Positions 13,004 through 26,343 are shown, numbered from the whole stretch's first letter. The stretch: 63,997 bases of DNA, filler included, from Asterionella formosa (GCA_002256025.1; 6 parts of 6 records of this genome joined end to end with filler, not necessarily neighbours in it); one strand, 5' to 3'. A program made the numbers and translations. Notes: a model not told the origin generated them from the sequence alone.

Positions 13004-16000
13004 TTAGGTAACTTATTTCCAAAGCTACCTTGCTTAATGTAGGATTCCGTGTTGACTACTTAGAATACAGCAACAAGCACAAACCCAGCCAATTACTCTC
13101 ATCTTCGAGTCAGCATATATTGCGGATGGCCGTGTTTAAAATGTACTCTGAGTATGGTGACTTGGTGGCAGAAACAACAATATGACCATGACGATCACAT
13201 GATCCAACAATTCTAAACAGATAAATAATGAATTTATAGTGAATTATTTATCATTTTTTGGGCCTGATCCCTTATAGACAATGGAGCATTATAGAACGGC
13301 GCATATGTATGACTAAGACTCGTTTCAATGCAACGACGAGGCATCGAGATATCGTCTTTGTTGTCAAGCTCACTTCTTGTGGGTTTCCGATTTTACTGTT
13401 TCTGCTATATCCAAACAAATGTAGTAGCTACAAGAATTAAAATCGTGTACTATCATACGCTAGCGACTATTTGATTCTATTTCTTTGACTAGTAGTATTC
13501 AATAACAAATGAGGGGAAGAAGGCATGATCATTGTCGTCGAATCGTCAGAGACGTGTTGTAGTTGTTGATGAGATTATTACATTGTTCATTATATTTTTG
13601 TCGTCACATGTCACAGTCGATGGGTGGCTGACAACGTTTAGGTTTTCCGGGAGAAATTTTTACTTCTGAACACGACGAGCTCCATCTAGCCACCGGTGGG
13701 CTGAAAAGACTTTCCCTATCCCTAATGTAATCAGAAGTTCATTTCCTGCATAAGTTTAAGCAAGAAGTCAGTTTCCTGCTTAAGTTAAAAGTTTTCTCGG
13801 TTGGAAAGCCGGCGAACGTGCATTTCGCCATGACAGCCCATCCCAAACGACGTTTAAGTATAACGCCTTTATTTTTTGCGGCAAATTTTGAAATGTGTAT
13901 CGAAAATTCACTTCGATGCGTACAAGCATGTTTTCAGTATGTCCGACTTTCATCCATACAAGCGTGATCAGCGAAAAGTAAATTCGCTTATCCGATTCAA
14001 CACTTACCTTTTGATAGAGCATAGCAGCAATATTGAAACCATGTGCTGCTCCAGTGCGAACATCACCAGCAGACGAGGAAGATGCATATTGCTGCCATGG
14101 TGTCTTCAACTATACATAAATATGATTTTTCTTTGTCTTTGTCTAAATCTAATAATGATAAATTATAGTGATCATGTTTTTATTAAAATTGAAATTAAAT
14201 TTTATAGCACATTACTAAAGCTATCCAATAATCGCAATCATGTCCACATTTTCAATGGAAGCAATGAATAACGGCTTTTTTCGATTGTACAGTACATCGG
14301 GCACTGTCTTTTCGTCAGCCGCATACCCCGGAACCCTAGGGACAACATGAAAAAGACAGGTGAAGGAAAGGAATCAAACCCGCCACTGCAGAAGGTGTCC
14401 TAAACAGTAAGCCATTCCCCAGTGATCACGTGTTTACTAAATTACATAGATGCTATTGCACACATTTTAATTCATGCCGTATGCAGTATAAAAACTTTGT
14501 TTTGTTTTGACTTTTTGTCCAAGTTTCAAGGCAAGTTTAAGAAAGACTACTACAGTATTATAGCGCTGATGACAGAATTTAGTGGTACATAAGCTACAGG
14601 GACCTCCGGGTTCCGAAAGTTAATAAATCCTAAAAACGACCAATTCACCATGACAAAAGGCGCTATCCAAGCGGCCAACCAGTCAAAGAAAGAACAACTC
14701 ATACATGTGGGACAGCACCATAGGATAGTAACGAAATCTGACGGAAAGAGAATGCAGAAAGAGGATGAGATGGAAAAGCAAACAAAGATTAATAAAGGAG
14801 CGGTGAAAACCAGCAATTGCATGGATGTTGATTTCGCGTTTTCCACAAACACTTAACACAGTTGGGTAATTCACAGCTATGGAATCCACACAATACGAAC
14901 CAGGCAAAGACAGTATCAAGAGAGAAGAAGAGAAGAAGTTTAGCACCTTTTTCACTGTACTAGTGAGCGCTACTACAAGCAAGAAGCAGAAGAATACAAG
15001 AATGGCGATATGCCAAACATGAACAAGAATAAAGAAGAAGACAGAGAAATGAAGAAGTCACTGATGAAGAAATTGCGCCAGAGCTGGATGGGCTGCTCAA
15101 AGCAATAATTTTTGTGATAACGAAGACAATGAAGACAAAGAAAAAATTAGTTGGAAGCCCTGCAATCACCAATTTTTATGGAGACTTCAAATTGAATCAC
15201 CAGAATTGGGGCCAAATGGTAAATCATTAACCCAATCCACATTCACCATCCTATTCTCCGGCTGACATGAGAAGTACAGTCATAGAGAACTGAACCAAGA
15301 ACAAACCACAATCTTTTTAAACTACTTCCACATGAGGAAGTGACTACCAACCAACCCTCTCCACCGCCCCACCTTATATGGGCCATGGAGCGCAGTGACG
15401 GCAACTCTAGAAATAGAATAGTAAGACTGCGCAATAAAAATGATTAAAATATAAAAGCTTTGTTTGATAAAAGTGTGAAAAAATCTCAAAAGAATGGAAT
15501 TTGTGGGAAGCATTTTCAGGGAGGTATGGGAAACTCTTTACTTCCTTGCTACATTGTACACAGAACACGCTTTTTTTGTGAAATATATTGTGAAATTATA
15601 AAAACAAGTTATTTATTAGAGCATCTCTACCGCATCGACCAAATACCGAAGCCAAACACAGTTGAAAATATCAAAACACGTCATTTGGTCGAGAAATTCT
15701 TAATCAATAGTCGAAATTTCATATTTTTCCCAGCACCGCATCGACCAAATCCTAAAATAGTCAAAAAATAGAGCTATTTTGTCTTTATATGTGTATCATT
15801 GATATAGCGGTACGTACTACATAGCTATTTAAACTCAAGACACTAAGTATGCGAGAAAGTTTTTTGGCACATGCAAATTCCGATTCCAATATTTTGGCAA
15901 CTGTTGAAAAAACCGATCAGGTCGACTTTTTGGAGGTCGATTGCTCTACATCTGCGGGGTTTCATGAAGATTAAAGTAGATAGCCGTTTACCCCATAACG

Positions 16001-16117
16001 TCAGGAGTTAACTTCTGGAGAGAAACTGCATTTATCTCTTGTGGATTTTTAAAAATCCTTTATAGCCCCGCCTGCAAATAAAAACTATCATGAATATAGG
16101 ATCAAGGGTATTGTACG

Positions 16118-18234
16118 CTAAGTGGCACAGGATTTTTACATATATGATAGTTTTTCGATCAAAAATATGATCAATGTATCATATAATTATGATCATGCAT
16201 GCAGTAAACTTTTACCGAGCTTGAAGTATGATGATACTATCATAGTTATAATAACATTGCATCATATAATTAGTTGATCATGGTCCTATGATTTGTATAC
16301 TTTTGTCATACATCTATCTCAACATGATCGTAATTCTCATCGAAATCACTGTCTAAAATAGGATGAAATTGATCGAAATTTAGAACTATATTTAGTTAAG
16401 AATGGTTCCATGTTTCTATATCTTGAGTGGCTACAGAATGGTCTACAATGCTCTCATCGCAATGATTGGTGCTTCAGCTTGCTTTCACTTCCACCTTCCC
16501 CCCAATCCAATTCTGAAGGTTGTTGTACTAGTTGCCTTGCCGTTGTTCCTCTGCTTTGTTCCATTTACTCCTGACGGAACTGAGTTTGCATTCACGCATT
16601 TTCTCATTACTATTGAATCCGTTTCATTGTTCCAATCAGCCATACTAACAAGGAGAAGCAATTCATGATTGTTAGCTGTTCATGTTTTGCTTTTACAACA
16701 ACATGCCTTTCGCTTCTATCTACACTTACCACAAATTGAGGAAGTAACTGATGCATATTTCTGTAAAAGAATGTGTCAGTTGAAGATTGAATGAGAAAGT
16801 ATCGATCAATAAATGGTCTCCAATGCTGCTGTTGTCTGTAACTTACAAATACTGTTTGTCTACCATTATCCTGAAAGAAGCAACACAAATGTGTCAGTTT
16901 TTCTAACAGTTGTGGATTGATCCAAAGATGATAGCACTTACCGATTTATTTTGTCCACATTGATGGTTGGCCAGCCACCAAATCGAAACAAAGGAGCTAT
17001 TGAATCACTGAAAGGGGACGAGTCATTCCGTATTTGTAATCCCAACAATTGATCATCCTGGCATTTGCTCTTGACATGCCGTGACACTATGCACAGCTTG
17101 TTGATTCCGCCCTTCTCCATCATATTCACTCCTTCTTAGCCGCATAGTGTATCATCGTGTTTTCTTGTCACTTCAGTTTTTCGCGTCATGTGTTGCTTAA
17201 GATCCTTCATTTCAGGAAGTGTATGCATGACAAGGAACATGTAAGGCATTTGCTCTTGACTTACCATCAGCCAATTGATCCCGCCCTTCTCCTAGTCACT
17301 CCTTCTAAGCCGGTTGCAAGTATCATTGTACTGTATTATCACTTTCGTTTTCCGCGTCATCATGTGTGATGATCCTTCATTTCAGGAGCAAAGTGTATGC
17401 ATGACAAGGAACATGAAAACATGATTTCAAATGTTTCAGCCATGTATACGTATATAAAGATTTGTAAAAAGTTTAAATGTATATATAGTTGAACATTTGC
17501 ATAGTTTTAAACATGCTCATTATATGGCACATCCTTTGTATACTATCATCAATTTTGATTATACATAATTCAAATATATACAATGCATGATGAGTTCATA
17601 GTTTTCCTCAACCTGATGAATTTGTCAATTTAATTTATGTCAATTCTTGTACCTACAAGTCCCCTTAATAAACAGGAGTCATCACCAATTTTTCAAATTG
17701 TCGAAATCATACATTTATGTATATAGACACATTGACCTTATACATTCGAAAAATTCGTATGGCCTACCGATAGTACTGTATACTTGCTGGGTATTACTTC
17801 TATCATGGGAATACCACAATAGTGCAGCGGAAAACTGAATATGCTCATGTGTTTAGGATCATTTGATCATATTTCTAAGATCAATTAATCCTTATTCCTA
17901 AAAATAAATGTTGATCTTTAATTTTCTCATCAACAACACCATTTATCATAGCTATGATCAATATGTTATGATCAAAGGTACAGGATAAACAAATAAAAAT
18001 TTATTGATTGAAGATCATAGTTTACTGAAGGTAATACACGACCGAGGGTGGAGACTGCCTGCGAGTATTTTTGTGTTCGAGGCTTGGGAGGCGCGAGCAG
18101 GTTGACCGAACAAGTGGTGCCCCCGGCGCTGCAGGAAGGTCGACCTGCGAGGGTTTCCCAAGCCGAGTACACAAGATTACGAGTAGGTACACTCCTACCG
18201 AGTAGGGTATTACCTAGGCAATTCACAAACTAGT
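16118..18234. mobile_element. Probable non-autonomous relative of the scaffold-1 element, ending in a long hairpin
   Basis: 16118-16235 matches revcomp 9145-9260; both flanks are AT-rich and TGATCA-rich; degenerate minus-strand ORF pieces; ~180-bp tandem duplication (17060-17244 / 17245-17416). Boundaries are approximate. Confidence 0.4.
18029..18215 (+). repeat. 187-nt imperfect inverted repeat (rod hairpin) with four CGAG/CGAG motifs
   Basis: Arms 18029-18107 and 18138-18215 pair in register, e.g. AGGTAATAC/GTATTACCT, GGCTTGGGA/TCCCAAGCC, GCAGGTTGACC/GGTCGACCTGC. Confidence 0.9.
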
Positions 18235-19789
18235 TTTTCGCCACTACATTGCCCTTCCAGTTAACATTGAAAACCTATTTTAGATAGTTTGTATGTTGGA
18301 TGCAAACCAGCCAATTGCCCATCATATAAAACATACTTTGTATATTTCATATGTACAGTTTTTGGATTACTCAATCCTGCAAATGCCCATCATATAAAAC
18401 ATATTTTGGATATTTCATATGCTCCGTTTTTCGACTGCCAAACTACCTTCAATATTTTCAATAGCCCCTAGATTTTATTGCCGAAATCGACTGCCGTTTA
18501 TTTAGGAGAATTTGATTACTGATATCTATAGCCCCTCAATTAACCGCCGTTTACTTAAGGAAAATCGACTGCCGAAATTGGACGAGAGTATGAGGAGCTA
18601 TATGAAGGCATGAAATGATGGTTTTCTTGAAAGTGTCGACGGCAATTCCACTCTTAACATCCCTGCTATCTTCCAGCATGCTCCGATGTATACAAAATCT
18701 GGTCATTGATGTCTCAATTACTGACTCTTCATCAAATGGATCTTGCTGGTTGTTGGATATTTCGATTTCTTATGGGATTCATATCGTTGCATCGTGCTTG
18801 CTTCGTCACGGTGGCGCCAAAATTTCGGTTCCCCTTTCTATTGATTTCCGATAGCCTTTCCGGTCAACTCCTTCGCTAGATTTGATATGTAGTGATAAAT
18901 AAATTAATGATTGTTCAAAAGCGACATCAATCAGTCGTTGAGTATCAAAACTCAAAGCGTTATGGTAGGTCAAAGTTAGGCTTCCATCTCGCCATTGAAC
19001 CGGTATTTTCGTCAGATATGATCAGCTGTTAAATTTTAACTATTTTCTACGTGTTCTACACTATCTCAAATCAGATCTTGGCAGGAAGTTTTAGTTCTCA
19101 CGTGTTGGATTTTTTCCGCTGCCCTACAATAGCATTGTTTCATTGCTTTCTAATCACAATATTACTTTTGTTACTTCTGCATAATCTTCCACAATGACAA
19201 ACAAAAAGTTGTCAATCTCAATGAGCTATCGCAAACTCCGCAAAGCAGCCGGAAAATGATGGTACCGGTGTTCTGCATTAACTCGTATTCAACAAGGAAG
19301 AGAGGACAGGTCTGTGCTTGTTGATAGTTGTTGTTGTATTCGATTTCCCACTATGGTCGAGTATACTAATTATGAATTTTGATGAAGGCTATTGTCATGT
19401 TACTCCTCCACTTCCTGACAATGCAAGAAATCAGTATCCACTGGTCAAACCAGCTTGTCCAACTAGGTGAAATATGTTGCCAGTCGATTGTTGTTTTCAC
19501 GTGGTACACACCGACATTATTCTTTTCCTGTTTCCCAACGCTGCCTAGCAAGCCACTTTTATCGAAACTCGCAAGAAGATTGCCAAGTCTCCAGGTCGCA
19601 AACAATGTGGGCAACATATCTTGCCAGCACCAACAACATATCACTCCATTGCTCCCTATCAGCCTAATAGAAAATTTCCTCCTCAATTTTCCATTTCACA
19701 AACACCCACACACATCAGCCAGTAAATTTTCGACGCATCCTGCTCCTCCTCCTGCCGGATATTAACGGAGTTCTGCACCGCCAGCTCGC

Positions 19790-21540
19790 GGAACATGCAT
19801 ATTACACTGTGCTCTGTTCAACAATTACTACACTCGGTTACCATCACACCAGTTCCACCTCCACAAGCGCCGCAATAAGCTCCGCGTTTCCCTTCCACTG
19901 TTTTACATCATTGTCTTCTGGCCCTTTGACAACTTTCCCAATGGCATTTCACGGCTTTCATGGAAAGGATCAGTCAAACAAGAAACAAGACTTACTTCCA
20001 TTGTTTACATTACACGACTTTATGTTTTCGGAAAAGAAGATGAAGAAACTTATGAAATCAATCGAAGATTCCTTTGAATACACTCGATAGCAAATGAATT
20101 TGAACAGATTCATAATACTCCAGAAAAAATAATGAAGTGAAGTTTGCCGATACAATAGTGGCTGAGATTGAAAAGAAGGAAAGATTGCTTTCGAAGAGCC
20201 AAGGAAACCCAAACAGTTGGTCTTCGTGGATGAAGACTCTATTAATACAGAGTCACAGTTCCACCATCCAGTGTCGTATTTTGCTCATTCTCCCGAAATC
20301 GCTGATAATGAAGAAGAACTCAGTGATTCTCATTCATTTGATGAAAAAATTCATGCGATGAATGACATATCTCACTATCCGTCCAGAAAATCAAGATGAA
20401 CATCATGAAAGCAGAGAAACTATTGCATTTCTAAAAGAACCGATATTCAAGAAAAAGTCTGAGCTAGATCAAGACCTCGAATTCAAGAAGATCAATGCAG
20501 ACAGAGATGTGATGCTGGCTAAGGCAGTTGATGCTCTGAATAGGGAACGAAGTCAGAAACACAAAATTGAATCTTTTTCCAAATCATACATGGAAGAAAA
20601 AGATTAGTATTTCTTTGTGAAATCATTGAAAACAATCCAGAAGGCAGCTACTTTTGTGAAAAGTCGGCATGTGAAATGTGTAGAGTTATTATGCCAAAGC
20701 AAACGGCATTTTCCTTGAGTTTGCCGAAATCGCATCACAACTAAAATTATGGAAAGAGTTGTACACTCGTACCCCGCAAGATATATGCAATTACGCCTCT
20801 GTATTTTATGGAGTCAGAGGTATCAAAAAATCATCTTCAGATCATTTTAAAGATCTTGCATATTGGGACCTTGAAACAATTACCTCTATGATCCATTGTA
20901 TAATTCATGAACTTCATCCAAGTGATGTAAAGGTAATACTATACTTGATCTGGATGAGAACCCAGAAAAGGGTAATAACAATCCATATATATACCAAGGT
21001 GATTGTCATCCACTTCATCACGAAAGTAACTATGTGCTAATTGTGTATTGCAAAAGATCAGATGAGGAGGAAAACAATCATTTTAAACGAAAAAATCATC
21101 AGTCCATTGATCAGTAAGACCATTTGAAACTGAACTTTCTTCCCTCACACTTTTTTAATAAGTGGTTTCCCACCAATGTCGACAAAATCGGTAGAATGAC
21201 AAATATCGTTCTCTGAAATTTCATGGGCATCTGGATTGAGACCCAAATATTTTTGTTGCAATCGGAATTTTCCTTTCAGCACCAAGAAGCAAAATGCTTC
21301 TGTACTGGCATTGATCAGCGAACCAACAAAACGTGTTTGCAATTCACACTGTGCCCTAAGACTGAGTTGAAATTTGGTCACACCAGATTTGTCTCCTGTT
21401 AAAAATGGTTCTCCACGGCTTGTCCTGCCTATAAAATACACCGGATCAAGAACATCACGCCAGACTTGGTATCCATGCTGGCTTCCCCTGTCAATGTCCT
21501 TTGACTGCGCAAAACGATAAAGCGTCAACGCCCACCTAAT
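19790..21540. mobile_element. Second copy of the element: Ulp1-gene 5' part (+, 19790-21085) joined to an ORF-X fragment (-, 21086-21540)
   Basis: Near-identical to 1614-2995 (with a ~60-bp deletion) and to revcomp 60803-61260. Confidence 0.85.
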
Positions 21541-21640
21541 NNNNNNNNNNNNNNNNNNNNNNNNNNNNNNNNNNNNNNNNNNNNTTAATTAATTAANNNN
21601 NNNNNNNNNNNNNNNNNNNNNNNNNNNNNNNNNNNNNNNN
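21541..21640. other. Artificial scaffold spacer
   Basis: Same 44N-TTAATTAATTAA-44N pattern. Confidence 0.98.
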
Positions 21641-21855
21641 GATTACATTTTGGAGCCAGTTAATCAAGATCAGACTTTCATGGGGTGATGGTAAATCCTC
21701 ATGCCAAGAATAGTAAGAGTGCCAGTAGTCTACCTGACTATTTACTACAAGCAGTTACTATACTGTGTATACATATAGCAAACCCCAATAAACGGAACCA
21801 GAGCATGGAGAAAGAGCCATTCATGCGTGGGTTGTTACTTATTAGTAGTTGTTGT

Positions 21856-22221
21856 CTAATAGTCGCCACCTCCACCACCTCCTTCATCTCCACCAAACAT
21901 ATCCATACCACCCCCAAGGTCCATTTCTTCTTCTTCTTCCTTGACTTCCTCCTTGACTTCAGCAGCAGCACCTCCAGCATCGGCTGCTCCAGCACCGCCG
22001 CCGCCACCACCACCTCCACCGCCACCGAATTTAGCCAAGGATGCTTTACCAGTAGCAATCACTTCATTCAAGTCTTTCCCTTCTAATTCAGTCAGGAGTG
22101 TTGATAAACGATCATCGTCTACTTCAACACCAACTTTTTCAAGTGCTGTTTTAATATCATCCGCTGTAGGTGATTCGGTTCCACCAAGTTTCAACAAGAG
22201 GTAGGCTGCTAAGTGCTTCAT
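21856..22221 (-). CDS. RPLP2: 60S acidic ribosomal protein P2
   Basis: [14 protein letters not shown]...[23 protein letters not shown]...[14 protein letters not shown], Gly/Ala hinge, acidic tail [20 protein letters not shown] at 22221. Confidence 0.95.
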   Translation of the reverse strand: MKHLAAYLLLKLGGTESPTADDIKTALEKVGVEVDDDRLSTLLTELEGKDLNEVIATGKASLAKFGGGGGGGGGGGAGAADAGGAAAEVKEEVKEEEEEMDLGGGMDMFGGDEGGGGGGDY

Positions 22222-23624
22222 GATGAGTGTGTTTGGGTTGTCTATCACAAAGAAATGAGTGAGTATGAGTGGTGCATATATAGTGGTAATATACTTCTCC
22301 ATCCCAACGACGCGTTGCATCACAACACACACGACGACTCGCAATAGCTACACGTGCCTTTCTACGAACGGATCAGTTTTCAATCGTTTTCTCCTCTTGA
22401 TCGTTCTCTCACATTCTCTCCTTCTCTCTCATTCACATACATGTATAATGATGTCAGAATCATGGAACTTACAATGGGTTCAAGTACTACAAAATGTCGA
22501 AACGCTACAAGCCTGTTTAAGAAATACAAAATTTCCGCAAGTAGTAAGAAGACAATGGCGGTAAACTCTCCAAAGTCAATCATCCCCACCGGTTGTCTAC
22601 CACTACCAGTATTACCTGTTACCAGGTACAGGTATACACCGGTATACACTCTCTCACGATCACTCATGCTGATGCTTCTTCAAATAATCACATGTAGAGA
22701 GTAGCAGGTACCAGCTAGACTACTTACTACTGTATATAGAGACACGCCAGCAGTACTGGTACCAGGGTACCATCATCATGTATGATTCGTGTACACCCAT
22801 ACCGGTAGTTTGTGTACACTACCGGTATGTATTCATACGTAAAAACATTTATTCCTTATGATACACATATGTACAAGAAATACTTATTTTAAGCAAATAT
22901 CTGTATGTACTGGGATCCGGCGACTTCAAAAATTATTGATTTCAACATATTTAGCGGTGGTTGGACCACACGTCTGTCTGGCTGCCCAATCTGTACCAAT
23001 GGTCCATGCCAGGGTACCTGGTACTAAGAAAATCGGTACGGTGGCAGGTAAATAGGTATAATGGCATAAAACTCCACCATTCTTTAAATCATGTGACCGG
23101 TACCTGCAAGTTGCGGTATTTAGCTTTCTTCATCCCAGATTAAAATATTAGTTTAAGCAAAATGACCGCAACTTGCTGGTATTAGGGTGCGGGTAGAATA
23201 TATACCCCAAGAACGAACGGTAAGGCAAACTGTGTCAAAAAAACAAATAAATCATCATCCTGCGTGGTATCTTGCGCTGGTGCTCCATTCACATGTTACT
23301 AAGGTACCTACAGGTGTGCCGGTATGTACTTGGGCTTAACCCAAGACTGACAACCGGTTCTCCCTTGCTTGAGCCGCAGCGATTCAATCATGCATGACTA
23401 GTTATCAAGAGTATGGTACCTGGTACCAGGTACTGCACAAGTACTCCATTTCAGGTAGCAACAAGAATGCACACACACCGGTAGATTCTAAATACATACC
23501 GGTAGGTAGTAACGATTCGACGGGAAATATAGATCTGTTTATTTGATGGCAGTAACAATGATCTGTCGCATACCGGTAGTCGCATAATTTATTTTTTACA
23601 ACTATTTCGATATCGCCCACTTCA

Positions 23625-24317
23625 ATGAACGAAAAAGACCCCCAAACGGACGACCCACCCAGTAACATGCAGGGGAAAGATTTGGAATTAGAGCCAGGTG
23701 GTGGTGATACCTTGCCCAGAAGCTGTCTTGAGGACTTTCGTGATAGATGTCGTGCCAAAGCCGGTCCCCTTTTTGGATTGTTTCTTTTGATGTTCATACC
23801 TACTTTCTCTATTTGGATAAAAGGTTATTTCTCTCCTGATAGTACTCTTGCTCCCCTGCCGTCACCTCGTCCGCCACCTTACCCGAAGCGACCAACATTT
23901 TCCAGTCTTTTAACGGGGGGAAATACTGCTTATCCATCACTCCATGCTCCCTCACCAAGTAGCTTGACATTCCCTACTGCCGCTTCTCCTCCGCATCAAG
24001 TCCAAGGCAATTCTCCCTTCATCATTTTTTCTCCTCCTTCTGCATCTGCTCCCAATCCCTTCCAAGGTAGTCCATCCCCATCTATTACACCTATTTCTCC
24101 TCCTAGTACCTTCCAGGGTAGACCTTTCCCACCTATTGCACCTTTTTCTCCTCCCAATCCCTTTGAGGGAAGTCCTTTCAGGGTATACCTTTCCCATCTA
24201 TTTCATCTTTTTCTCCTCCCAATCTCTTTCAGGGTTGTTCATCCCCGCCTATTGTACATGTTTCTCCTCCCAATCCTTTTTTTGGAATACGGACATGTAT
24301 GGTTTGATTTCAATTAG
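23625..24317 (+). CDS. Pro/Ser-rich single-pass membrane protein with 17-aa repeats; likely frameshifted near 24175
   Basis: Hydrophobic segment LFGLFLLMFIPTFSIWI followed by PNPFQGSPSPSITPISP-type repeats. Confidence 0.55.
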   Translation: MNEKDPQTDDPPSNMQGKDLELEPGGGDTLPRSCLEDFRDRCRAKAGPLFGLFLLMFIPTFSIWIKGYFSPDSTLAPLPSPRPPPYPKRPTFSSLLTGGNTAYPSLHAPSPSSLTFPTAASPPHQVQGNSPFIIFSPPSASAPNPFQGSPSPSITPISPPSTFQGRPFPPIAPFSPPNPFEGSPFRVYLSHLFHLFLLPISFRVVHPRLLYMFLLPILFLEYGHVWFDFN

Positions 24318-24482
24318 TATATATATATAATGGTGTTGTATAGTATAAAGCTATAGATTAAAAAATGTATAAATGTCAACATAAATTTAATTAATATCAC
24401 AAAATAGCAAACAATGCAGCAATGAATGCATCCTCCGTGATGACAATAGATCATACACACAAATCTTGCGTTTTTACTGGGT

Positions 24483-26343
24483 TTACTTTGACCCTATTAC
24501 AGTCAATGTCGAACCTTTCTTGGTTGATGCATGAGCTGTTTCAATTGAATTTGCAGCTGCCCTAGCATCCCCTGATGATCTAGAACTTATGCTGGATAAA
24601 TCGGAGAGTATTGTTCCAGGGGACATTTCTGGCATTTTGTACCTATTTGGATCTGTTGCCCATTTCTTGGCTGCCATCGCTTCATCTACAGATGATTTGT
24701 GAGACACCCTCGATCCCACCATCATGATGTCACCTGGTTCATTGTCTGACATGGGTGGATAGTATGCCCCACCATGAGATTGATCTGAATACTTTGCCAA
24801 TTTCTTGGCTGCCATGACTTCGTCCACCGAAGATTTGTGCGACACCCTAGAGCCCGTCATCATGATGCCATCGGGTTGATGGTACCCACCATGATGAGAT
24901 TCATTATAACGAGCCATTTCGACAGGATCGTGAGAATCAACAATAGATGGTTCTGGAACATTTATACCTTGTTCCGATAACATAGAATCTTTATTTCCAA
25001 TAACATTAGGATCTTGATTGTTCTGTGATCGCCGAGATGAGAAATACTTTCGTCCAGTAGGTTTCCGATGTGACTTACTACTGATGGACGAATTGACACT
25101 GGATGAAACAGATCTTGATGAAGCCCTGCTGTCAGCCTTGTCATGAAGTCGTTTAAATAAGGCATCTAGATCTTCTTTCTTCTTCTGCTCTGCCTTCATT
25201 GCATCTGCGATAAGGTCTTTCTTGAAAATCTTTTGGACTGCAGCTAACAAAAAGAAGACCACACCCACTGCCATCATAATTAAGGAGCTGTATACCATCG
25301 TCATTTGTGCCTTGGAATGGTACGGGGCAGTAGAAACAGCATTGAACTTCTTCTCACTCCGTTTCTTGGTTCCAAATGGGTCAGGACAGACCCCTGGATA
25401 TTGATCAACGGAACATGACTTGCTGTAGTATAAAATCGCTTCGGCGTCAGATCCATACCCAAGGTCCCGACGATTGCTGCCTAATACATTGACATCGTAG
25501 TCCCAAATCTTGGTACAAGTAATTTCCTCCATATTGGCGTTGTAGTCTTCCAGCACATCTACTCTGAATGAGTATTTGTTTCCGTCACAATACTTGCCTT
25601 GAAAGGCGTCGTAAACAAACTGCCCCGCCACACATCCGGTCGTGGTGCTCATATATTTCTTCTGGTTGTTGTTATTGTTATTGTCGCCACCACCTTGGTA
25701 ACTATTCGAAACTTGTACATTACTGCAATAGACAGTGGCCATGTCGTCCCCAAATCCAAAGGCATTGGATATTGTCATGGCACCATGGGTAGTAAAGAAG
25801 GAATTGATGTACGTTGCCTTGGAGCAAAGTTCGCGTGACTTGAAGCGTCTATTATCATTTGTGTTTTCATCCGGAAGCAAGATTCCATACAACGAAAAGG
25901 CAGCGTTGGCTCGAAAGCAAGGAGTACTGCCCATGTACCAATAATGATCATCATTGGCACCCGAACCGCCAGTACAGGCGTAGTCAGAGGAATCCGGTGC
26001 GTATGGACTCCAACTGTATTTGAGGAGTTGAGTTTGTATTTGTGTGAAGGTTTGGAAACAACAGAGTTTGAGTTTCAAGAACCTTATCAAAGAATGAATA
26101 TGTCATATAGTATTTAAGCATGTCAAACCCTGGGTGGGGGTGTATTTGAACTTACACACAACTATGATATTTGATGTAAAGCGCTTGAAATTTTGTCAAA
26201 TCGTGAAGCACATTAATCGCATCGTTCCAAAACATCGGGTTGTTCTCATTAGGATTACTACCCCAGGGATAGTAGTTGGAATCCTTCTCAGCTGAAGTAA
26301 CCGCTGCCAAGAGAAGGACGGGGGCGACAGGAATCCACTTCAT
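24483..26343 (-). CDS. SAP-like (silicalemma-associated) type I membrane protein; two exons 26343-26156 and 26013-24483, 572 aa
   Basis: Signal peptide MKWIPVAPVLLLAAVTSA. GTAAG donor (26155) and CAG acceptor (26014) join YIKYHSCV|WSPY in frame. Cys-rich luminal domain (WYMGSTPCFRANAAFSLYG, YINSFFT), RXL motif (RRDL), LYYSKSC...YPGVCPDPFG before one TM helix, then a Ser-rich tail. Confidence 0.75.

Noticed and set aside
13500..15950. Degenerate coding-like region and a TTA|GAGCATCTC Tourist-like end at ~15616
   Set aside because: No matching opposite TIR/TSD and no recognisable protein motif.
19300..19790. Degenerate Cys/Trp-rich minus-strand frame resembling a transposon accessory domain
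   Set aside because: Too many stops and frameshifts to assign.
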